64,000 nucleotides of DNA from an uncultured Planctomycetia bacterium. GTDB taxonomy: Bacteria; Omnitrophota; Gorgyraeia; VGKH01; JBHPFN01. The DNA lies in contig CAYOSQ010000001.1 of assembly GCA_964406665.1 (NCBI GenBank), forward strand, positions 71,412 through 135,411. Direction: 5' to 3'. The first letter of the stretch is position 1. Each line of letters begins with the position of its first letter. Under the pieces are notes generated by a model that had not been told where the DNA came from, ran no database searches, and was given only the letters and a program-made list of their open reading frames with translations. This document shows positions 21,392 to 29,016 of this stretch, one piece after another. A program made the position numbers and the translations under genes.

Positions 21392-22237
21392 ATGAACATA
21401 AGGCATTTGTTGATGAAGAGAATCTGTCTATGGTTTTTAATTTGTGCTGCTTTGTGCTTGTTTGGTGTAGTTTATAATGCTGATGCAAGCACAGTCCGCC
21501 TGCAAAGACCAAAGGTTAGATTGAGCATTCCCTCCGGAAGTACTGAAAGCGGTTCAATTACAGTAGCTAATCCCTCGGATAAGAACGTAAATGTTAAAGC
21601 GTATCTCGAAGACTGGATATATACAGCCACACAAGATGGAATTAAAGATTTTGCTCCGCCAGGGACAACTCCTTTGTCGTGTGCGAAATGGATCAGCTTT
21701 TATCCTGCCGAATTTACTCTGCCGCCGTTTGGGTCTAGGGAAATATTTTTCGTGGTTAAAGTTCCCAAGGCAGTAGACGGTGGACATTATGCAGTATTAT
21801 TTTTTGAAACCGTTGTGGGATCAACTGTAGATGCTACCGGAGTCAATATTTTAATTAAAGGGCGCATTGGGTCATTATTTTATATAGAGGCAGGGGGCGT
21901 ACAAAAAGAAGCAACCATTACAGATATTTCTATTGCTAAAGCAGGTAAGGAAACTGCAATAGAAGCAGTTTTAAATAATATTGGCAACGTTGATATAACC
22001 GCCAACGGTTCTTTCAATATCATCGACAGCAAGGGCATGGTTTTTGCAAGAGGTAAGTTTAATGAGGTTTACACTTTTCCTGGAGATAAGGCGACCATAG
22101 CATCTGCTTGGTCTGCGAAAATTCCTGCAGGAGAGTATGATTTAATAATAACGTTGGACTTAGGCAATAAACCTTTAATATACGAAGCAAAGATTAATGT
22201 AAATGCTGCTGGCGAGGTACGCTATGTTGCCCCTTAA
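21392..22237 (+). CDS. PapD/DUF916-like periplasmic pilus chaperone
   Basis: Signal peptide; two Ig-like halves; I.V.N, W....P.EF.LPP, GGHYAVLFFE, N.GNV, GEYDL. Confidence 0.65.
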   Translation: MNIRHLLMKRICLWFLICAALCLFGVVYNADASTVRLQRPKVRLSIPSGSTESGSITVANPSDKNVNVKAYLEDWIYTATQDGIKDFAPPGTTPLSCAKWISFYPAEFTLPPFGSREIFFVVKVPKAVDGGHYAVLFFETVVGSTVDATGVNILIKGRIGSLFYIEAGGVQKEATITDISIAKAGKETAIEAVLNNIGNVDITANGSFNIIDSKGMVFARGKFNEVYTFPGDKATIASAWSAKIPAGEYDLIITLDLGNKPLIYEAKINVNAAGEVRYVAP

Positions 22238-22258
22238 GAATAGAAAAAAAAGGAGTTT

Positions 22259-25200
22259 ATGCGTAGCTGTAAAAACAGTCAGAGTATTTGTTTAAAAACA
22301 ATCATCGCAAGATGTATTCTTGCGATTCTTACATTGTCCTTTTTTTCTGCAAGCCTTCTTTTTCTCTCCAGCAGCCCAGCTTACTCTGAAGACCTTTCTG
22401 ATTTCCTCTGTGAATTAGCCACCAAATATTATGAGCGCGGAGATTATCCTAACGCGTTACACGAATTCAAAAAAGCTTTAATGATCAATCCCCATAATCG
22501 CACTGCGCAAAAATACATTGCAATTATCAGCGATCTAGAAGAAGTTGTTGTTGAGCCATCACCTTATCTGCCCATCGAAAGCATTCCTCAGGAATACAGA
22601 GACAAAGCTATTAAAAATGCACTGGATAGTTTTGATGAGGTTATTTTTGTAAAAGAGCCATATATCCAAGAAGAAACAGAATCTCAACCACCATTAATTA
22701 TTATTGATTCAGATGACGAACAAACTTTTCCTCAAGAAGAGCTGGATAAGTTTGATGAGGTCAGGGTCTCTAGAGAGCAGACTATTTTGGAAGATGTTCC
22801 TAAAGAACCCTCGATAGTAATATCTCCTGTGCAGGATAGGGAGATTATTGTTCGAAGTGCGCTCGATGAATTCGAAGCACGGTATGGGGCGGAAGATATT
22901 GTAGATATTGTGCCAGAGCCAGAAGAGATTGTTGAGGAAGAGCCCGAACACGAAGAAGCTATTTATTATCCTATCGAACCAGAGGAAGAATTTCCAGAGG
23001 AATTTGTTTCTACATCTTATGTTGAACCTTCCACAGACATAGAAAAGCCAAAGGGTTTTAAGCGTCTTTATCTTAATGTAGAAGTTAGGGCTTCGCAGCC
23101 ACAAACACAAATAAGTTTACAAATAGACAGAGATTTAATAATTATTGGAAGTAATATTGCTAGGTTTCTTGTGATTAATCCTGAAATTTTAGAGATTGTT
23201 AGATTGCGTCCCGACGAGATAAAGCTTGTGGCTAAGAAAATTGGAAGTACTTACGTGCATATCTGGGATGATGAAGGCCGGTGGACTTTTATCGTTCAAG
23301 TGTCACCGTTTCGCTCTGGCAGGCCGACACTTGCCGAGCTATATCGTCAGCAAGCCGAAGAGGCTGGTTCGTTAAAATTCCATTATTATAATGAATGGCG
23401 TTCGTTTTATTCTGGAAGAAGAGCGGATAACCTAACAAGGGATTCTCTTACTCTATATCAAAGCTTGGGTCTTGATATGCAGACTCCTTATGGAGATGTT
23501 GATGGCCGCGTTCAATTAAACAGGCTAAATGAAGAAAGCGAGCTCTCATTTTATACTTTAGGATTAACCGATGGCATGGTAGGTCCGTTTAAGAATTTTG
23601 ATCTACGTGCTTTAGATTATTATATAGATTTTGATAATATTTCTTTTGGTGGTGCGAGCTTGCGCGGTGTGAGGTTAGATGCAGAAGCATTTAATGAAAA
23701 AGTGGATTATACGGTTTTCTGGGGCAAAGAGAAAAGTGGGGCATTTGGTCCACTTGCTCCGGGGCTTGAGGGTTCAAACAAGTCATATCTTAAAGGTATA
23801 AATTTTGGATTCAACTCTCCGGAAAACCTTTATCAGACGCTTTCCTATTTCGCCGGATATGGTTCTGATAGGAGTTCTTTGTTGTTCCAAGATGCCTATG
23901 ATTATACGGGCGAGCTTAACTTAGGCGATACAAAATTATTTACCAACGTCGGACACGATGGCTATTCTCTGGCTTATATGCTAAGAGGTGTATATACCGT
24001 TCCTAAGCTTCAGTTAGCCGGCGAGTTTAGAAATATTGACGATGATTTTTATAGCATAACCGGCAGACCTTATGCATCAGGAGAAGTTGGTGGTTTGGTG
24101 AGCTATCGCTATGCCCCTTCCAGAGATCTAGATATCTCAGGACGCCTGAATGTTTATAGGGACACCTTGTTTCCTAACCCTCAACACAAAGAAAGATATA
24201 ATGCGGATTTCGATACTGCCATACGCTATACCATTAATCCTAGTACATCTATGAGGTTAGATTATTATAATGTTCATGATACCGGCACTATATCGCCGCA
24301 TAAAGATGAGTCTGTAGGATTATCCTTGTACAAAACAATTGATTTCATTAGGCCGCTTAGTACGTTTGTAAACTTAAGACATCAATCTAGTAAAAATCCT
24401 AGTTCGACAACTCTGGACTATAAAAATGAAAAAGCTGGCTTTGGCGTAAGAGTTGGCTTAACCGATACGCTTAATTATTATATCTCCAAGGAATTCAATT
24501 GGCTGGAGGATTATGCCGGAGATGTAGAAAAACCGCATGTTTTTGAGACGGGGCTTGATTATAATACCCAAATTCTCGACAGCCCGTTTTATATAACCTC
24601 TAGGCTTTATTTCCGGGATGAAGAAAATGCTGCTTCAACAAGAAGTTTCTTGGCTGGTGAAGATAATTTAGAAGGACAGGCTGAATTAAGGTATACCCCC
24701 AACGAAGATTTTAATTGCTACGCAAATCTACGAGTTAATAACTACTGGGCGGAAAACGCCGATACTACCAAGCGCACAGAAGCAGAGATTCGTTTCGGTA
24801 CACAATGGACTTTTGATACCGGCTTGAAATGGAATCCCATAGGTAGCATAACAGGCATTGTTTTTAAAGACTTGAATTCAGATGGCAAGCGTCAAGCGGA
24901 CGAGATTGTTATGAAGGATATTAAAATTTTCTTAGGAAGAGAAAAATTTGATATAACCGATGAAGAAGGAGCGTATATCTTTAAAAATATCCGTGCTCGC
25001 AAAGCCTTTGTTTACTTAGATACTAATACGCTACCAGCTGGATATGTGCCGACGGAAGAGAAATCCCAAGAGATAACAATTCAAAACGGCAAACTTATAA
25101 ATGTTGATTTTGGTGTTATAGCGCGTTCCGAAATATATGGTATTGTGTTTAAAGACTTAAATAGCAACGGAGAATTTGATGCTCAAGACGAAGGCGTGAG

Positions 25201-25420
25201 AGATGCTGTTCTATCTTTAGAAGATGGTTTAACAACCTCTACGAATGCAAGAGGTCAGTTTTATTTAAGAGAAGTTGCTCCTGGAAAACACACTCTTACC
25301 CTAGACATAAATAGCCTACCTATTAATCTTATTCCTTTGGTGCCGTTATTTAAAGAGATAGAGGTGTTTGAGGGAATTACCTATGTGCACAATATTCCTT
25401 TGAAAGAAACACAAGACTAA
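22259..25420 (+). CDS. Large outer-membrane usher-like protein (TPR, acidic linker, secretin-N-like domain, beta-barrel, two SdrD-B-like repeats)
   Basis: TPR (ALHEFKKALMINPHN); LVAKKIGSTYVHIWD; long alternating Tyr/Gly-rich strands; 2x G.VFKDLNS.G.. Confidence 0.6.
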   Translation: MRSCKNSQSICLKTIIARCILAILTLSFFSASLLFLSSSPAYSEDLSDFLCELATKYYERGDYPNALHEFKKALMINPHNRTAQKYIAIISDLEEVVVEPSPYLPIESIPQEYRDKAIKNALDSFDEVIFVKEPYIQEETESQPPLIIIDSDDEQTFPQEELDKFDEVRVSREQTILEDVPKEPSIVISPVQDREIIVRSALDEFEARYGAEDIVDIVPEPEEIVEEEPEHEEAIYYPIEPEEEFPEEFVSTSYVEPSTDIEKPKGFKRLYLNVEVRASQPQTQISLQIDRDLIIIGSNIARFLVINPEILEIVRLRPDEIKLVAKKIGSTYVHIWDDEGRWTFIVQVSPFRSGRPTLAELYRQQAEEAGSLKFHYYNEWRSFYSGRRADNLTRDSLTLYQSLGLDMQTPYGDVDGRVQLNRLNEESELSFYTLGLTDGMVGPFKNFDLRALDYYIDFDNISFGGASLRGVRLDAEAFNEKVDYTVFWGKEKSGAFGPLAPGLEGSNKSYLKGINFGFNSPENLYQTLSYFAGYGSDRSSLLFQDAYDYTGELNLGDTKLFTNVGHDGYSLAYMLRGVYTVPKLQLAGEFRNIDDDFYSITGRPYASGEVGGLVSYRYAPSRDLDISGRLNVYRDTLFPNPQHKERYNADFDTAIRYTINPSTSMRLDYYNVHDTGTISPHKDESVGLSLYKTIDFIRPLSTFVNLRHQSSKNPSSTTLDYKNEKAGFGVRVGLTDTLNYYISKEFNWLEDYAGDVEKPHVFETGLDYNTQILDSPFYITSRLYFRDEENAASTRSFLAGEDNLEGQAELRYTPNEDFNCYANLRVNNYWAENADTTKRTEAEIRFGTQWTFDTGLKWNPIGSITGIVFKDLNSDGKRQADEIVMKDIKIFLGREKFDITDEEGAYIFKNIRARKAFVYLDTNTLPAGYVPTEEKSQEITIQNGKLINVDFGVIARSEIYGIVFKDLNSNGEFDAQDEGVRDAVLSLEDGLTTSTNARGQFYLREVAPGKHTLTLDINSLPINLIPLVPLFKEIEVFEGITYVHNIPLKETQD

Positions 25421-25471
25421 TTTCGTAAAGCCATGGATGAGAGTGGTCAGGATTATTTTTGTGGCGCAGCA

Positions 25472-25726
25472 TTATCTTTCATAAAAGCTGTACAATTTAG
25501 CTTCTGTTAAGCGCTCTTCCTGAACACACAGCCTTTTTGTAGTATCTCGAATTTCAGCTTTAGCAGCTTCGATTTCACTTTGTTCTGTGTCCATCTCTAG
25601 CAATGCAGGGATTCTTGCAGAAACAGAAACTCGAGCAGTATTACCTGCCTCTACCGCGCTAGCCATCAAAGCGCAACCCAGCAAAATAATAACTAAAACG
25701 TTTGTAATAATCATTGTCTTTTTCAT
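25472..25726 (-). CDS. Small secreted protein carrying a pilin-like N-terminal strand
   Basis: GGAGGT RBS before ATG at 25726; signal peptide ending AVEA; mature GNTARVSVSARIPALLEM. Confidence 0.7.
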   Translation of the reverse strand: MKKTMIITNVLVIILLGCALMASAVEAGNTARVSVSARIPALLEMDTEQSEIEAAKAEIRDTTKRLCVQEERLTEAKLYSFYER

Positions 25727-25747
25727 CGGTACCACCTCCATAAATTT

Positions 25748-25780
25748 TCAAAAAAAGCCCCTTCGAAAGAAGGGGCTTTG
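25748..25780 (-). terminator. Expression-platform terminator of the proximal riboswitch
   Basis: AAAGCCCCTTC-TTTC-GAAGGGGCTTT-TTT. Confidence 0.85.
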
Positions 25781-25811
25781 CAAGTAGCAGTTAACGGAAT
25801 CCAAAATAAGG

Positions 25812-25906
25812 ACTACGGCAACCCGACAACCATAAAGACAGCCGATGTCTTTTTAGGCTCAAGGCTTTGTGCCCTACTCTTTCGAAGTAGTTTACTTTTA
25901 AGGATT
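25812..25906 (-). ncRNA. GEMM-I riboswitch, A20 variant (candidate c-AMP-GMP/GEMM-Ib)
   Basis: AAAAGUAAACUACUUC-GAAA-GAGUAGGGCACAAAGCC...CCUAA...UAUGG...GGGUUGCCG; includes the tetraloop receptor; position 20 (25896) is A. Confidence 0.8.
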
Positions 25907-25924
25907 TGAAAGAACGTTGCTTCC

Positions 25925-25955
25925 AACAAAAAACCCTAGAATTTTTCTAGGGTTG
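25925..25955 (-). terminator. Expression-platform terminator of the distal riboswitch
   Basis: AACCCTAGAA-AAA-TTCTAGGGTT-TTTT. Confidence 0.85.
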
Positions 25956-25957
25956 CT

Positions 25958-26049
25958 ACTTTTGGCAACCCTGCCGCCTTCCCCCTTTCGGGAATAAGGC
26001 CGTTGGTTTTGCGTCCTTAGATTTCTCTAAGTTTGCCTTTTTCAAAAGC
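25958..26049 (-). ncRNA. c-di-GMP-I (GEMM-I) riboswitch, canonical G20
   Basis: AAAGGCAAACUUAGA-GAAA-UCUAAGGACGCAAAACC...GGGUUGCC; P1 CUUUUG/CAAAAG. Confidence 0.9.
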
Positions 26050-26066
26050 TAATATACTCTATAGAA

Positions 26067-26095
26067 ACTATAGCACACAAAAAGCGCTTTTTCAA
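26067..26095 (-). promoter_or_regulatory. Promoter driving the tandem riboswitch leader
   Basis: TTGAAA-N17-TATAGT with extended TG. Confidence 0.55.
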
Positions 26096-26237
26096 GTTGG
26101 CCAGGTAAATTTCTGAAAATTTTTAAACATCCTATTATGACATTTAAGCGTAACCGCTGAATTAGCTTTACTTTAGGTTTCTGCTATGATAGAATAGCAT
26201 TCACATTCAACAATATTTTTTAATCAAAAAACAAAAA

Positions 26238-28067
26238 ATGTGCGGCATAGTAGGTTATATAGGAAGCAATAATGCATTGCCGATGTTAGTTAAGGGTCTG
26301 CAGAGGCTCGAATATCGAGGCTATGATTCTGCCGGCATAGGGGTTATTGCTGAAGGTGAAATAGCAATCCGCAAAAGACCGGGAAAACTTAGGGATCTTA
26401 TGTGGTCTCTTAAACATTTTCCGTTTAAAGAAGCTACTGTTGGTATAGCCCATACGCGTTGGGCAACTCACGGTGTGCCTAATCAAGCCAATGCTCATCC
26501 CCATTCCAGCAATTCTAAAAAGATAGCACTTGTTCATAACGGAATAATTGAAAACTATCAGTCTCTCAAGGATAAATTAATAAAGCAGGGAGTACAATTT
26601 AACTCTGATACTGATACAGAAGTAATAGTACAGCTGATTGATAAATATTACAAGAATGATTTAAAAGAAGCGGTTCTCAAAGTGCTTAGGCTCATAAAAG
26701 GTTCTTATGCCTTAGCCATCATTTCTTTAGATCAGCCCGACAGGATAATTGCAGCTAGGCAGGATTCTCCGTTGATAATAGCTAAGGGTAAAATTGGAAA
26801 TTTCGTTGCCTCTGATTGTCCTGCTATCATGGAATACACAAAAGATGTAGTCTATCTCGAAGATGGACAACTAGCCAGCATTACTAAAAACAATATTGAG
26901 ATTTTTAACGTATCCAGCGGTAAAAAAGTTTCTTATAAATGGCATAAGCTTACATATGATATTTCTGCTGCAGAAAAAGAAGGCTATCCACATTTTATGC
27001 TTAAGGAAATTTTCGAACAGCCCAAGGTGGCCAATAAGATTATCTCGTCTCGCATTTCCGGTAACAAGATAGCATTTAACGAGCTAAAAATAAAGGACAG
27101 CGCTTTAAAGAAGACAAAAAATATCGTTATTGTTGCCTGTGGCACTGCGTATCATGCTGGTCTCGTCGGCAAATATATTATAGAGACAGTTGCGCGCATA
27201 CCGGTTAATGTGGATGTATCAAGCGAGTTTCGTTATCGCGACCCACTAATAGATAAGAACACTTTGGTTATTGCTATAAGTCAATCAGGAGAAACCGCTG
27301 ATACTCTTGCAGCGGTTCGTTTGGCTAAACAGAAAAAGGCAAAGATATTATCTATTTGTAATGTTGTGGGTTCGTCTTTAGTTAGAGATTCTCATGGAGT
27401 GATTTATACCTATGCCGGTCCGGAAATCGGAGTGGCGTCTACTAAGGCTTATACTGCGCAGCTGGAGATCTTGTATTTATTCGGCTTGCACCTTGCCAAG
27501 CTTAGAGGCGCGGTATCTGTGGGAGTTCTCAAGAAGCTTTTGTCGACATTCAAAAATATTCCTCGTTTGCAGAAGAAAATTTTAGCAAGCGAAAAGGCAA
27601 TAAAGCGCATTGCAGAGCGACATCATCATTTTGGAAGCTTCCTATATTTAGGAAGGAACATCAACTTTCCTACAGCACTAGAAGGAGCGTTAAAGCTAAA
27701 AGAAATTTCCTATATTCCGGCAGAAGGATACGCTGCTGGAGAGATGAAGCATGGCCCCATTGCATTGATTGATGAATATAGAGCTGTTGTTTGTGTGGCA
27801 ACCGCGTCTTCCGTATATGAAAAAATGTTATCCAACATTCAAGAAATACGTGCTCGACAGGGAACAGTTGTTGCGGTTGCAAGTCAGAATGATAAAGACA
27901 TACAAAACTATGTAAAAGAAGCTATCTTTATTCCGCGCTCGCAAGAGCTTTTTTCACCACTGCTGACCATTGTCCCTCTTCAGCTTCTTGCATATTATGT
28001 TGCTGTACGCCGTGGTTGCGATGTAGACCAGCCGCGCAATTTAGCAAAATCCGTAACAGTCGAATAG
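26238..28067 (+). CDS. glmS: Glutamine-fructose-6-phosphate transaminase
   Basis: MCGIVG, LEYRGYDSAG, SQSGETADT, PRNLAKSVTVE. Confidence 0.99.
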   Translation: MCGIVGYIGSNNALPMLVKGLQRLEYRGYDSAGIGVIAEGEIAIRKRPGKLRDLMWSLKHFPFKEATVGIAHTRWATHGVPNQANAHPHSSNSKKIALVHNGIIENYQSLKDKLIKQGVQFNSDTDTEVIVQLIDKYYKNDLKEAVLKVLRLIKGSYALAIISLDQPDRIIAARQDSPLIIAKGKIGNFVASDCPAIMEYTKDVVYLEDGQLASITKNNIEIFNVSSGKKVSYKWHKLTYDISAAEKEGYPHFMLKEIFEQPKVANKIISSRISGNKIAFNELKIKDSALKKTKNIVIVACGTAYHAGLVGKYIIETVARIPVNVDVSSEFRYRDPLIDKNTLVIAISQSGETADTLAAVRLAKQKKAKILSICNVVGSSLVRDSHGVIYTYAGPEIGVASTKAYTAQLEILYLFGLHLAKLRGAVSVGVLKKLLSTFKNIPRLQKKILASEKAIKRIAERHHHFGSFLYLGRNINFPTALEGALKLKEISYIPAEGYAAGEMKHGPIALIDEYRAVVCVATASSVYEKMLSNIQEIRARQGTVVAVASQNDKDIQNYVKEAIFIPRSQELFSPLLTIVPLQLLAYYVAVRRGCDVDQPRNLAKSVTVE

Positions 28068-28075
28068 TTTGCGAA

Positions 28076-28762
28076 ATGCTTTATATAGTCTCAACACCCA
28101 TAGGCAATTTAAAAGATATTACGTTAAGAGCTATCGAAGTTTTAAAAAACGTAGATATCATCGCTGCAGAAGATACGCGTCAGACTAAAAAGCTTACCAC
28201 TCATTATGGAATAAAAACCCCGCTTACCAGCTATTTTGAACATAATAAAACCACAAAAGGTCAATATATTCTTAAGCTTCTTAAAGAAGGAAAAGATGTT
28301 GCCTTGGTATCTGATGCCGGAACTCCGGGAATAAGTGATCCGGGATACTATGTTATTAATCTAGCCATGGAAAACAAAATGGAAGTATCAGTCATTCCTG
28401 GGGCTACCGCATTAATTGCCGCCTTAACATTGTCAGGGTTGCCGTTACATAAATTTGTTTTTGAAGGATTTCTTCCTATTAGGCAAGCAGCTCGTAAGAA
28501 GCGCCTTCAAGAGCTATCTTCGGAAGGTAGAACAGTAATTTTTTATGAATCCCCCCATAGATTGATTAGATGCCTTGAAGATATTATAGAGGTTTTGGAT
28601 GATCCCGAAATTGTTTGTTGCAGAGAGCTTACGAAAAAATTCGAGGAGACAAAAAAAAGCCGCACAAGCATCATTCTTGAACATTTTCGCCATAACAAGC
28701 CACGGGGTGAATTTGTGCTGGTTTTTAACCTGAAAAGCAAAAAATATTTGTCAAGACAGTAA
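28076..28762 (+). CDS. rsmI: 16S rRNA C1402 2'-O-methyltransferase
   Basis: MLYIVSTPIGNLKDIT, SDAGTPGISDPG, RELTKKFEE; start reassigned to ATG 28076. Confidence 0.95.
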   Translation: MLYIVSTPIGNLKDITLRAIEVLKNVDIIAAEDTRQTKKLTTHYGIKTPLTSYFEHNKTTKGQYILKLLKEGKDVALVSDAGTPGISDPGYYVINLAMENKMEVSVIPGATALIAALTLSGLPLHKFVFEGFLPIRQAARKKRLQELSSEGRTVIFYESPHRLIRCLEDIIEVLDDPEIVCCRELTKKFEETKKSRTSIILEHFRHNKPRGEFVLVFNLKSKKYLSRQ

Positions 28763-28860
28763 ATTTAACCAATTGATATATAACGGCTTACATTGAAAAC
28801 CTCTATTAACTATTTTACCAGCTTGTTAATTAAATCTGTGCGTGCTATACTTTATATAGA

Positions 28861-28954
28861 CAATGTTGAAAGGGTTGCCCGTCCAGAAATCTGGATTGGG
28901 TGGCAAAACTATAGGACCGCTTTGTTTAGCAGCGGCAACCAGTTGCCAGCATTG
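28861..28954 (+). ncRNA. Variant GEMM-I-like riboswitch aptamer upstream of the pilin pair
   Basis: P1 CAAUGUUG/CAGCAUUG; AAAGG entry, GCAAAAC junction, AGUUGCC 3' core; promoter TTGTTA-N17-TATACT at 28823-28851. Confidence 0.6.
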
Positions 28955-28963
28955 AATAATGTA

Positions 28964-28993
28964 GACCCATTCTAATGGAGTGGGTTATTTTTT
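28964..28993 (+). terminator. Leader terminator before the pilin gene
   Basis: GACCCATTC...GAGTGGGTT-ATTTTTT. Confidence 0.7.
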
Positions 28994-29016
28994 ATGGGTT
29001 TTAAAAGGAGATTAAA

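Noticed and set aside
19094-26095. Integrated mobile island at tRNA-Glu
   Set aside because: I could not find a tRNA-Glu fragment duplication, integrase or terminal repeat at the far end
26100-26237. glmS ribozyme upstream of glmS
   Set aside because: No recognisable conserved core; the region looks like divergent promoters
28793-28975. 60-aa ORF upstream of the pilin
   Set aside because: TTG start with no RBS; coincides with the promoter, aptamer and terminator
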